In this document: positions 54,595-64,000 of the stretch, piece after piece
How the letters are laid out: every line of letters starts with the position of its first letter
Position numbering within the stretch: position 1 is the first letter of the stretch
Origin: an uncultured delta proteobacterium
GTDB taxonomy: Bacteria > Desulfobacterota > Binatia > Binatales > Binataceae
Reading direction: 5' to 3'
NCBI GenBank assembly: GCA_963842085.1
Contig: CAWJET010000001.1
Coordinates: 2,560,001-2,624,000 of the forward strand
DNA: 64,000 bases
Program-made: the position numbers and the translations under genes
The notes under the pieces: model-generated
Told to the model about the DNA's origin: nothing
Database searches by the model: none
What the model saw: only the letters and a program-made list of their open reading frames with translations

Positions 54595-55977
54595 TTAGTC
54601 GTGAATCGCGAGGCGATCCTGCTCGACGTCTTCGAACCACGACGCCAGTGCGTTGGTCATCCTGGATACGCGGTCGGGTTCGCGCGCGGCGAGATCCATC
54701 CGCTCGAAGGGATCGTTGATGATGTCGAAGAGTTGCGCGGGCGGCGGCGCGGGTTTGATGCGCCCGGGCTCGGGGGCATGCGAGATGTCGTGGAAATTTT
54801 CCGGGTTGTATTTGGCCTGGATGTCCATCGCGAGGTCGTCGTTCGACACCTGCATCAACTCGCGAATCGCCGGCCGCACGAGCTTCCATCGGCCGTCGCG
54901 CATCGCGGCGTTGCATTCACCGTCGGGCGTGTAGCGATTCCACTGCCAGAAGCGCTCAGTCGGCGCTTTGCCACGCTCGCCTCGCAGCGTTGGCATCACG
55001 TTGATTCCGTCGAGCTTGAGCTCGCGCGGCGGCTCGGCGCCGGCAATCGCGAGAAGCGTCGGCAGCCAATCGGTGAAATGAATCATGTCGTGGACCTGGC
55101 GGCGGCCGTCGAGCGCGGCCGGCCAGCGGATCACCATCGGGAGGCGGATTCCGCCCTCGTACACGAGCGTCTTGGCGCCGGCGAAGCCGCAATTGAAGCG
55201 GTCGGTGCACATCTCGCCCATCCCGCCGAACTGCGGCCCATTGTCGCTCGAGAACATCACGATCGTGTTGTCGGCCAGGCCGGAACGGTCGAGCGCGTCG
55301 AGCACGCGCGCAATCCCGCGATCCATGCATTCGATCATCGCGTAGATTTGGTTGACCGCGGGCGTGAAGTTGCCGCTCGCTTTGTACGGCGCGGCGTCGG
55401 CCTCGGGCGCCTCGAAGGGAAAATGCGGCGCGTTGTACGCGAGGTAGAGAAAAAACGGTGCGCCGCGATGGCGCCGGACGAACTCCGTCGCTTCCTCGGT
55501 GAACACATCGGTCAGATAGCGGCCGTCGCCGCGCGACACTGAACCGTTGCGATCTAGATTCCACTGATAGTACGGCTGCCAGCCGCCGGAAAATCCGGCG
55601 AACTCGTCGAAGCCGCGCCGGTTGGGATGGTAGCGCGGATCGTACGCGCCGTTGTGCCATTTGCCGACGAGGCCAGTTGTGTAGCCCGCCCGTTTCAGGA
55701 GTTCGGCGACGGTCAATTCGCGCAGCGCAAGACGATCGAGGCCGCGCGTTTCGAGCGTGTCGATGACGCCGGTGCGATGCGGGTAGCGGCCGGTCATCAG
55801 CGAGGCTCGTGCCGGCGCGCAAACGGGAGAGGCAGAGTAGTGCTGGGTCAGGCAGACGCCTTCGCTCACGAGATGGTCGAGCGTCGGCGTGCGCGAGGCG
55901 CCGTAGTTGAAGCATCCGAAGTCGCCGTAACCCATGTCGTCGGCGAGAATCAGGATGATATTCGGCTGGGCGGTCAT
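54595..55977 (-). CDS. Arylsulfatase (formylglycine-dependent)
   Basis: PNIILILADDMG, VCAPARASLMTGRY (CxPxR), GKWH, APHFP, SDNG, YEGGIR. Confidence 0.95.
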   Translation of the reverse strand: MTAQPNIILILADDMGYGDFGCFNYGASRTPTLDHLVSEGVCLTQHYSASPVCAPARASLMTGRYPHRTGVIDTLETRGLDRLALRELTVAELLKRAGYTTGLVGKWHNGAYDPRYHPNRRGFDEFAGFSGGWQPYYQWNLDRNGSVSRGDGRYLTDVFTEEATEFVRRHRGAPFFLYLAYNAPHFPFEAPEADAAPYKASGNFTPAVNQIYAMIECMDRGIARVLDALDRSGLADNTIVMFSSDNGPQFGGMGEMCTDRFNCGFAGAKTLVYEGGIRLPMVIRWPAALDGRRQVHDMIHFTDWLPTLLAIAGAEPPRELKLDGINVMPTLRGERGKAPTERFWQWNRYTPDGECNAAMRDGRWKLVRPAIRELMQVSNDDLAMDIQAKYNPENFHDISHAPEPGRIKPAPPPAQLFDIINDPFERMDLAAREPDRVSRMTNALASWFEDVEQDRLAIHD

Positions 55978-56007
55978 TCGATGAGCCTCAACCGAATTCG
56001 TATCACA

Positions 56008-56165
56008 GAAGAACCGGTACCGGCTTCGCTGGCGCGAAGCTGTCCGAGATCCTTCCGCTCCGCTCGCGTTGCTCGCTTCGGTCAGGATGACAGACTTGCC
56101 GCTCGCGTTGCTCGCTTCGGTCAGGATGACACGAGTCTCGGGCCGCTCGTCCGGGGCAGGATGAC
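56008..56165. repeat. REP-like palindromic element, copy 2 with an iterated 3' module
   Basis: Same core as 54507-54587, followed by CCGCTCGCGTTGCTCGCTTCGGTCAGGATGAC twice and a third CAGGATGAC. Confidence 0.8.
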
Positions 56166-56178
56166 AAGCCGGAGCGCG

Positions 56179-57942
<1,764 letters not shown>

Positions 57943-58355
57943 TCGTTTTTGCTTCCGTTCTGCGCGGGCGTTGGCCGCCGATGCGATGTGCGAAAATTGG
58001 CGCGCAATGCCGTCGTCATTGCGACCGCAAGCCGGGAATCAAGTAGCCTCATTTATACAGACGAAAATACAAAGGCAAGTGAGCGACACCAAAGATCCAA
58101 TCTAAAGATCGATTCCATGGGAGTCAACCAAACCTCACCGGCCCGCGCGATCAACCGGCGAATCACGCTCTCCCGAGACGCGATTTCGCGCTCGTCGGTA
58201 ACAGTTACAACTATTATACGCATCATTTACCGGTTTGGCTGCATCGCGGCCGATTTTTTCCTCCGAGCCAACCCGGACTGCTCGAAAAATTCAAGCTGGA
58301 AATCGCGGGCGTGCCTCTCTATTCTCGACGCTCCTCCGCTCCTTTGAGCTAAATC

Positions 58356-59375
58356 ATGGCAATCCACGTGATAATCCTGGCGCTCAGCTTCGCGATAATC
58401 CTCGTCGGCTCGGAACTCTTCACCAACGGGGTCGAATGGGCGGGCCATCGACTGCATATTGCCGAGGCCGCGGTCGGAAGCCTGCTCGCCGCGGTCGGAA
58501 CCGCACTGCCGGAGACGTTCATCCCGGCGGTGGCGCTGCTCAGCGGCCGCGATGCCGCGGCCGCCCACACAGCGGTCGGACTTGGCGCGATTGTCGGCGC
58601 ACCGCTGATGCTCTCTACGGTGGCGCTGTTCGTGATGGGCATCGCGGCGCTCGCATTTCGCCGGCGTCGCGGGCGGATTGTGATGAGCGTCGTGCGCGAG
58701 GACGCGCGCCGCGACCTCGCATTCTTCTTCCCGGTTTTCCTGTGCATCGTGATCGCGGGCACACTCGAGATGAGCCCCATCCTTCGCCACGTCTTCGCGG
58801 TCGCATTGTTGATAGTGTACGCGAGCTATGCCGTCGTGATGCTGCGGCTAAGGCGTGCGGTCGGCGCGGAGGTAGAGCACGGACTCTACTTTGAGTCGAT
58901 TTTGCGCAGGGATCCGCTCCATCCGCACGCATCGGTCATCGCCATTCAAGTAATCGTCGGCGTACTCGCGATCCTGGTCGGCGCCGTCCAGTTCGTCGAT
59001 CAGATCATCCTGGTCTCCGCGCATGCGCATCTGAATCCCGGCGTGCTCTCGCTGATCTTGAGCCCGCTCGCAACCGAGCTGCCCGAGAAGTACAACTCCG
59101 TCGTCTGGATTCGGCAGAGCAAGGACCATCTGGCCCTTGCCAATATCACGGGCGCGATGGTCTTCCAGTCGTGCATCCCGGTGGCACTTGGCCTCGCGTA
59201 TTCGCCGTGGCATCTGACCAATCCCGAGCTGCTGGCGGGATCCATCGCGCTCGCCTCGGTGGTGATTCTCTACATCAACCTGCGCGACTCGGAACTCGGC
59301 ACTTCGACCCTGATGATCGGCGGAGCCGCGTACGCGATCTTTCTGATTGGCCTCAGCTACCTCGGCGTGTTCTGA
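58356..59375 (+). CDS. Sodium:calcium antiporter (CaCA) family protein
   Basis: Alpha repeats AVGTALPE and PLATELPE, with ~10 TM segments. Confidence 0.88.
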   Translation: MAIHVIILALSFAIILVGSELFTNGVEWAGHRLHIAEAAVGSLLAAVGTALPETFIPAVALLSGRDAAAAHTAVGLGAIVGAPLMLSTVALFVMGIAALAFRRRRGRIVMSVVREDARRDLAFFFPVFLCIVIAGTLEMSPILRHVFAVALLIVYASYAVVMLRLRRAVGAEVEHGLYFESILRRDPLHPHASVIAIQVIVGVLAILVGAVQFVDQIILVSAHAHLNPGVLSLILSPLATELPEKYNSVVWIRQSKDHLALANITGAMVFQSCIPVALGLAYSPWHLTNPELLAGSIALASVVILYINLRDSELGTSTLMIGGAAYAIFLIGLSYLGVF

Positions 59376-59438
59376 ATTTATTCGCGCGGGCGCGTTGTCT
59401 GAGGCGGGCGCGCGGGTGCACAATCGGGGCTGATCGCG

Positions 59439-61775
59439 ATGACCACCTACCAGGAAATTTCTGCGCAGTTTTACAGCAACCGCCTGTTGTTCGGCGATCC
59501 CGCCGACCCGGGCGTGGTCGCGGTCGAGATCGCATCGAAGACCGAAATCGACGTGTACCGGCGCGTGTCGGGCAAGCTTAGGCGCGAGCGCCGTCCGATT
59601 CGGCTGTTTGCGCTGGTCGAGAATATGTCGTTGCTCGAAGGCTTCAGGGTGCCGCATGAGACGCGCGTGCTCGACGGCGATTTCCGTTACCGGGTGCTCG
59701 TCACCTTCAGCTCGATCGACGCTCTGGAAGCCGCCCGGCGCCATCTCAGGAATGTGACCGGCAAGGCGCCTAACGCCCCCGACGCGCCATATCTGGTGCT
59801 GGCCGATCCGGTCGAGCAGCATCTGATTCTGTCCGGGACGACGTTTTTCATCGGGATGGACTTCGCGGAACTGCGCCGCCTCCAGCTCGACATCGAGACC
59901 TATATCTCGCCCGGGTTTGAGTTTCCGTCGGCGGCGCGCGAGGGCGATCGCGTTATCGCGATTTCGCTCACCGACTCGACCGGTTTCGAGCGCCTGCTGA
60001 AGGGCACCGAGATGGACGAGCGCGCGATGCTTGAGGAGATGGTGGCCATTATCCAGGAACGCGATCCCGACGTCGTCGAGGGTCACAACCTGTTTCGCTT
60101 CGATCTCGAATACCTGGAGGCTCGCGCGCGCCGCCACCGGGTGAAGCTCAAGATGGGTCGCGACGGCAGCGAGCTGCGTGCGCGTCCGTCGCGCATGCAG
60201 ATTGCGGAGCGCTCGATCGCCTACCGCCGCTACGACATCCCCGGCCGCAACATCATCGACACGTGGATCCTAGCACAGCGTTACGACATTTCGAGCCGCG
60301 AACTAGAGAGCCTGGGACTGAAGCAGCTCGCGCAACATTTCGGGCTGGCACGCAAGGAGCGTGTTTATATCGACGCGTCGAAAATCAGCCACTACTTCGA
60401 GCACGAACCCGAAAAGCTCTACGAATACGCGCTCGACGACGCTCGCGAGACGTGCGCGCTCGCCGAGACCCTCTCTCCCAGCTACTTCGTGCAGGCGCAG
60501 ATATTTCCGTACTCGTACCAGAGCGCGGTGCTGCGCGGTAACGCGACCAAGATTGACGCGCTCATGATGCGCGCGTACCTGGCCGCCGGGCATTCAATTC
60601 CCGAGCCCTCGCAACCCGCGCCGGTCGCGGGCGGCTACACAGAGGTTCGCCGATGCGGCGTCGCGCACGGTGTCCTGCACTGCGACGTGACGTCGCTGTA
60701 TCCGTCGTTGATGCTGCAATATCGGCATGCGCCCGCCGCGGATCGGCTGGGCGTCTTCCTCAAGCTGCTCGGCGATCTACGCAGCTTCCGCGTGCAGGCC
60801 AAGGCGCTCGCGCGCGAACTGCAGGGGACCGAGAGCCGCAATGCCAACGCCCTGCAGCAGACGTTCAAGATTTTAATCAATTCATTTTATGGCTATCTGG
60901 GATTTTCGCTCGGGCACTTCAATGATTTCGGCGAGGCGAACGCGTTGACGAAGCGTGGACGCGAGCTGATTCAGCGCGCGGTCGCGGAACTCGAGCAGCG
61001 CGGCGCGCAGGTAATCGAGGTCGATACCGACGGAATCTATTTCGTGCCGCCTCCCGACGCCGCCAGCGAGGAAGGCGCTGAGAGGCTTCTGGAGCAGGTC
61101 GGTTCGATCATGCCCGAAGGAATCCGGCTGGAGATCGACGGCCGTTACGCCGCGATGTTCTCCTACAAAATGAAAAATTACGTCCTGCTGGATGACGCGG
61201 GAAAGATGACGATTCGCGGTTCGGGGCTGCGCTCGCGAGGACTCGAACGCTTCCAGCGCCGCTTCATGGAGGAGATGTTCCGCCTGCTGCTCGAAGATCG
61301 CCGCGGCGAAATTGAGAAACTCCACGGCGACTATCGCGCGCGACTCGCTCGCCACGAAATCGGAATCGCCGACCTGATGAAAACCGAGACGCTGCAGGAT
61401 TCGCTCGACACTTATCGCAGCAAAATAGGCGACAACAGTCGCAACCTCGCGGCCGCCTACGAGCTCGCGCTCAAAGCCGAGCGGCCGTATCTCGCGGGCG
61501 ATCAGATTTCATATTACGTCACGGGGCGGCGCGCGAGTGCGAGCGTGAACGCGTTCGCGAAAATGGCGGCTGAGTACGATCCAAACGACCCCGACGAAAA
61601 CGTCGAGTATTACCAAACCAAGCTCGCCGACCTATACGAAAAATTCCGGATATTCGTCGACCGCCCCGGCCTGTTCGCGCCGGTAGCAGAAGACGACGAC
61701 AATCCGGCTCAGCTCTCGCTGTTCGGCGCCCCGCCACTCAAATCCGAAGAACCAAACGCAGAGCCCGAGGCATGA
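59439..61775 (+). CDS. polB: Family B DNA polymerase with 3'-5' exonuclease
   Basis: ExoI DIET, ExoII GHNLFRFD, ExoIII YALDD, motif A DVTSLYPS, motif B KILINSFYG, motif C EVDTDG. Confidence 0.92.
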   Translation: MTTYQEISAQFYSNRLLFGDPADPGVVAVEIASKTEIDVYRRVSGKLRRERRPIRLFALVENMSLLEGFRVPHETRVLDGDFRYRVLVTFSSIDALEAARRHLRNVTGKAPNAPDAPYLVLADPVEQHLILSGTTFFIGMDFAELRRLQLDIETYISPGFEFPSAAREGDRVIAISLTDSTGFERLLKGTEMDERAMLEEMVAIIQERDPDVVEGHNLFRFDLEYLEARARRHRVKLKMGRDGSELRARPSRMQIAERSIAYRRYDIPGRNIIDTWILAQRYDISSRELESLGLKQLAQHFGLARKERVYIDASKISHYFEHEPEKLYEYALDDARETCALAETLSPSYFVQAQIFPYSYQSAVLRGNATKIDALMMRAYLAAGHSIPEPSQPAPVAGGYTEVRRCGVAHGVLHCDVTSLYPSLMLQYRHAPAADRLGVFLKLLGDLRSFRVQAKALARELQGTESRNANALQQTFKILINSFYGYLGFSLGHFNDFGEANALTKRGRELIQRAVAELEQRGAQVIEVDTDGIYFVPPPDAASEEGAERLLEQVGSIMPEGIRLEIDGRYAAMFSYKMKNYVLLDDAGKMTIRGSGLRSRGLERFQRRFMEEMFRLLLEDRRGEIEKLHGDYRARLARHEIGIADLMKTETLQDSLDTYRSKIGDNSRNLAAAYELALKAERPYLAGDQISYYVTGRRASASVNAFAKMAAEYDPNDPDENVEYYQTKLADLYEKFRIFVDRPGLFAPVAEDDDNPAQLSLFGAPPLKSEEPNAEPEA

Positions 61776-61829
61776 AAGCTAGCCGCGGCTGCCGGATTGA
61801 TCGATACTTCCCGTCTGCGGAGGAAAACG

Positions 61830-62903
61830 ATGGCCGACGAAAAGCAGCAGCTCGACTGGGACAAGATCAAGAAATTCTCGATGCAGGTATCGAATGACAT
61901 CGGCGCCGCGATGCTCGGTGCGCTGAGCTATATCGGCGACCGCCTCGGGATTTTCGGCGCACTGGCGCAAGCGGGCGCCGTCACCAGTGCGGGACTCGCG
62001 GAGCGGACGGGACTCAGCGAGCGCTATCTGCGCGAATGGCTGAGCGCGATGACCGCCGCCGGATACGTGAACTACGACGCCGCGGCGAAGACCTACACGA
62101 TGCCGGCTGAGCATGCGATGGTGCTGGCGCGCGACGACTCTCCGTTCTTCGCCGGCGGCTTCATCGAAATGATCGTTCCCAACATGTCGATTGCGCCGAA
62201 GGTGATGGAGTCGTTCAAGGACGGGCGCGGCGTATCGCAGAGCGAATATCCCCCCGAGACGTGGGAGGCGATGGAGCGTTCGTCGGCCTCGATGTTCCGG
62301 GATCGGTTGGTCCGCAAATGGTTGCCGGCCATGCCGCAGGTGGTCGCGAAGCTGACCGAAGGCGGCTCGTCGCTGGACGTTGGCTGTGGCAGCGGACGCG
62401 CGGCGATCGCGATAGCATCGGCGTTTCCCAGGGCCAAGGTTTTCGGCTTCGACGCGCACCTCGGCTCGGTGGAGCGCGCGCGGGCAAACGCGAACGCCGC
62501 CGGTCTGGGTGACCGAATCAAGTTTGACCTGGTTGATTGCACCAGGCTGCCGGCCGCGCAGTTCGATTTCATCTCGACCTTCGACGTCGTGCACGATTCG
62601 GTCCATCCTGACGCCCTGCTGAAGTCGATTCGCGGTGCGCTCAAGCCCGACGGCACCTACCTGATGGTCGAGGTGAACGTGTCGTCGAATCTCGAAGACA
62701 ACATCAATCCGATGGGTCGGATGATGTATTCGATCAGCACGCTGTACTGCATGACAGTGTCGCTCGCGCACGGCGGCGCGGGAATCGGCGCGTGCATGGG
62801 CGAGGCCAAGGCGCGCGAGCTGGTCGCGGCGGCGGGCTTCAAGCACTTTCGCCGCATCCCGATCGACGATTTGTTTTCGGCGCTCTACGAAATCCGGGTG
62901 TAG
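61830..62903 (+). CDS. Class I SAM-dependent methyltransferase with N-terminal wHTH (Rv2258c-like)
   Basis: IGDRLGIF, LAERTGLSERYLREWL, LDVGCGSG, FDVVHD, STLYCMTVSL. Confidence 0.9.
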   Translation: MADEKQQLDWDKIKKFSMQVSNDIGAAMLGALSYIGDRLGIFGALAQAGAVTSAGLAERTGLSERYLREWLSAMTAAGYVNYDAAAKTYTMPAEHAMVLARDDSPFFAGGFIEMIVPNMSIAPKVMESFKDGRGVSQSEYPPETWEAMERSSASMFRDRLVRKWLPAMPQVVAKLTEGGSSLDVGCGSGRAAIAIASAFPRAKVFGFDAHLGSVERARANANAAGLGDRIKFDLVDCTRLPAAQFDFISTFDVVHDSVHPDALLKSIRGALKPDGTYLMVEVNVSSNLEDNINPMGRMMYSISTLYCMTVSLAHGGAGIGACMGEAKARELVAAAGFKHFRRIPIDDLFSALYEIRV

Positions 62904-62913
62904 TTGCAGCCAA

Positions 62914-64000
62914 TCATTGAAGGCGCCGCTGGAAGGCGTCCTGTAGCGCAGGCAGGATCGTTTGCCAATCGGCGACCAGCCCGATGTTCGCACGCTCGAA
63001 GATCAGCGCGTCGGCGTCGTTGTTGATCGCGACGACGGTCTGCGCGCGCTTGAGACCGCACGTGTGATTAGGCGCGCCGCGCACCCCAATCGCGATATAC
63101 AAGCGCGGATCGATCGATTTGCCGGTCAGCCCGACCTGCAACTGCCGCGGCACCCATCCCAGGTCCGTCACCCGGCGTGTCGCACACATCGCGGCGCCGA
63201 GCACTCGCGCGAACGCCGCGACTCTCGCGACTCCGTCAGGGCCGCCGACGCCAGTGCCGACGCCGACGACGACTTCAGCGCCTTCGAGCGGTGTAATGGT
63301 GGGGTCGAGAGTCGAGTGCGCCTTTATGAGCCGGCTTTTCGGCGCGCTCACCTCGACGCGCGCGATCTGGATCTCAGCTTGCTTCACTGCCGATGGCGCC
63401 GCGAGTTCGAGCACACCCGGCCGCACCGTCGCCATCTGCGGAAAAGTTTTCGAGTAAATCGGCGCGACGATGTTGCCGCCGAAAGCCGGCTTGAGCGCAA
63501 CCATCCGATTCTCCGCGTCGAGCTCGATCTCGATCGCATCGCCCGTGAGCCCCAGGCCAAGCCGCGCCGCCAGCCGCGGTCCCCAGTCGCGCCCACGCTC
63601 GGTCGCACCGAGCAAAATTCCCCACGGCGTGTGAATCGAAACGAGCTGCGCAACAGCCTCGGCGGCCGTCTCGGGCGTGTACGAAAGCAGGGCCGGATGC
63701 TCGATCGTCAGCACCTGGTCGGCGCCGAAACTCGCCAGCAGTCCAGCGTGACGCGCGATGGCGCCGTCAAATCCCACTGCGACCATCGCGCCGCCGAGTC
63801 GCGACGCTAGCTCGTCGCCGCGCGAAAGCAGCTCGAGTGTGCCGCGCGTGATGCGGCCCTCAAGAGCCGTCTCGCACACGATCCATATGTCGCGACCGCG
63901 CTTGCCCACGCGTCGCACCGCACCGATCGGGCGACGATTGTGTACGCGCGGGTTGAGCGCGCCGAGCGTCTCGAGCGCCGACATCGTCTCGGCGGCGGCG
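62914..64000 (-). CDS. Electron transfer flavoprotein alpha domain (5'-partial, probably an ETF beta-alpha fusion)
   Basis: GRDWGPRLAARLG, PAFGGN, PQMATVRPG, ATRRVTD, QVGLTG, YIAIGVRGAPNH, AINND. The frame is open to the window edge. Confidence 0.88.
   Translation of the reverse strand, partial: AAAETMSALETLGALNPRVHNRRPIGAVRRVGKRGRDIWIVCETALEGRITRGTLELLSRGDELASRLGGAMVAVGFDGAIARHAGLLASFGADQVLTIEHPALLSYTPETAAEAVAQLVSIHTPWGILLGATERGRDWGPRLAARLGLGLTGDAIEIELDAENRMVALKPAFGGNIVAPIYSKTFPQMATVRPGVLELAAPSAVKQAEIQIARVEVSAPKSRLIKAHSTLDPTITPLEGAEVVVGVGTGVGGPDGVARVAAFARVLGAAMCATRRVTDLGWVPRQLQVGLTGKSIDPRLYIAIGVRGAPNHTCGLKRAQTVVAINNDADALIFERANIGLVADWQTILPALQDAFQRRLQ

Noticed and set aside
59439-61775. PolB as a sign of a prophage or casposon
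   Set aside because: Flanking genes are ordinary cellular genes. There is no integrase, Cas1, capsid gene or terminal repeat.

Overview
GC-rich bacterial chromosome segment. Gene content suggests a Deltaproteobacteria-like lineage such as Candidatus Binatota, but this is inference only. The left ~36 kb looks accessory and the right ~28 kb looks like ordinary metabolic and housekeeping DNA. The standout is a ~15 kb glycosylation locus (6.4-21.1 kb) that resembles the cytoplasmic half of the eukaryotic dolichol-linked N-glycan pathway. It encodes an STT3/AglB-type oligosaccharyltransferase whose WWDYG motif is changed to DWIYG, a stand-alone MurG paralog (GT28, the family of ALG13/14), glycosyltransferases carrying ALG1 and ALG2 signature motifs, and two tandem ALG11-like GT4s (one fused to a methyltransferase). 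It also holds a PglK-like ABC flippase, a fungal GNT1-like GT8, a GT2 and an FkbM methyltransferase broken by an internal inversion. Other content: a sigma54 activator with a divergent atypical receiver, an orphan khpA, IS110 and rve-transposase remnants, an imperfect tRNA-Thr(UGU), arsR-arsM, an uncharacterised isoprenoid-type operon, an AAA-ATPase/TPR regulator, pcaCHGB, several hydrolases, REP-like repeats flanking a sulfatase, rpoD, a family-B DNA polymerase and an ETF gene running off the right edge. No CRISPR array or rRNA was seen. All family assignments come from reading motifs by eye; no database searches were run.
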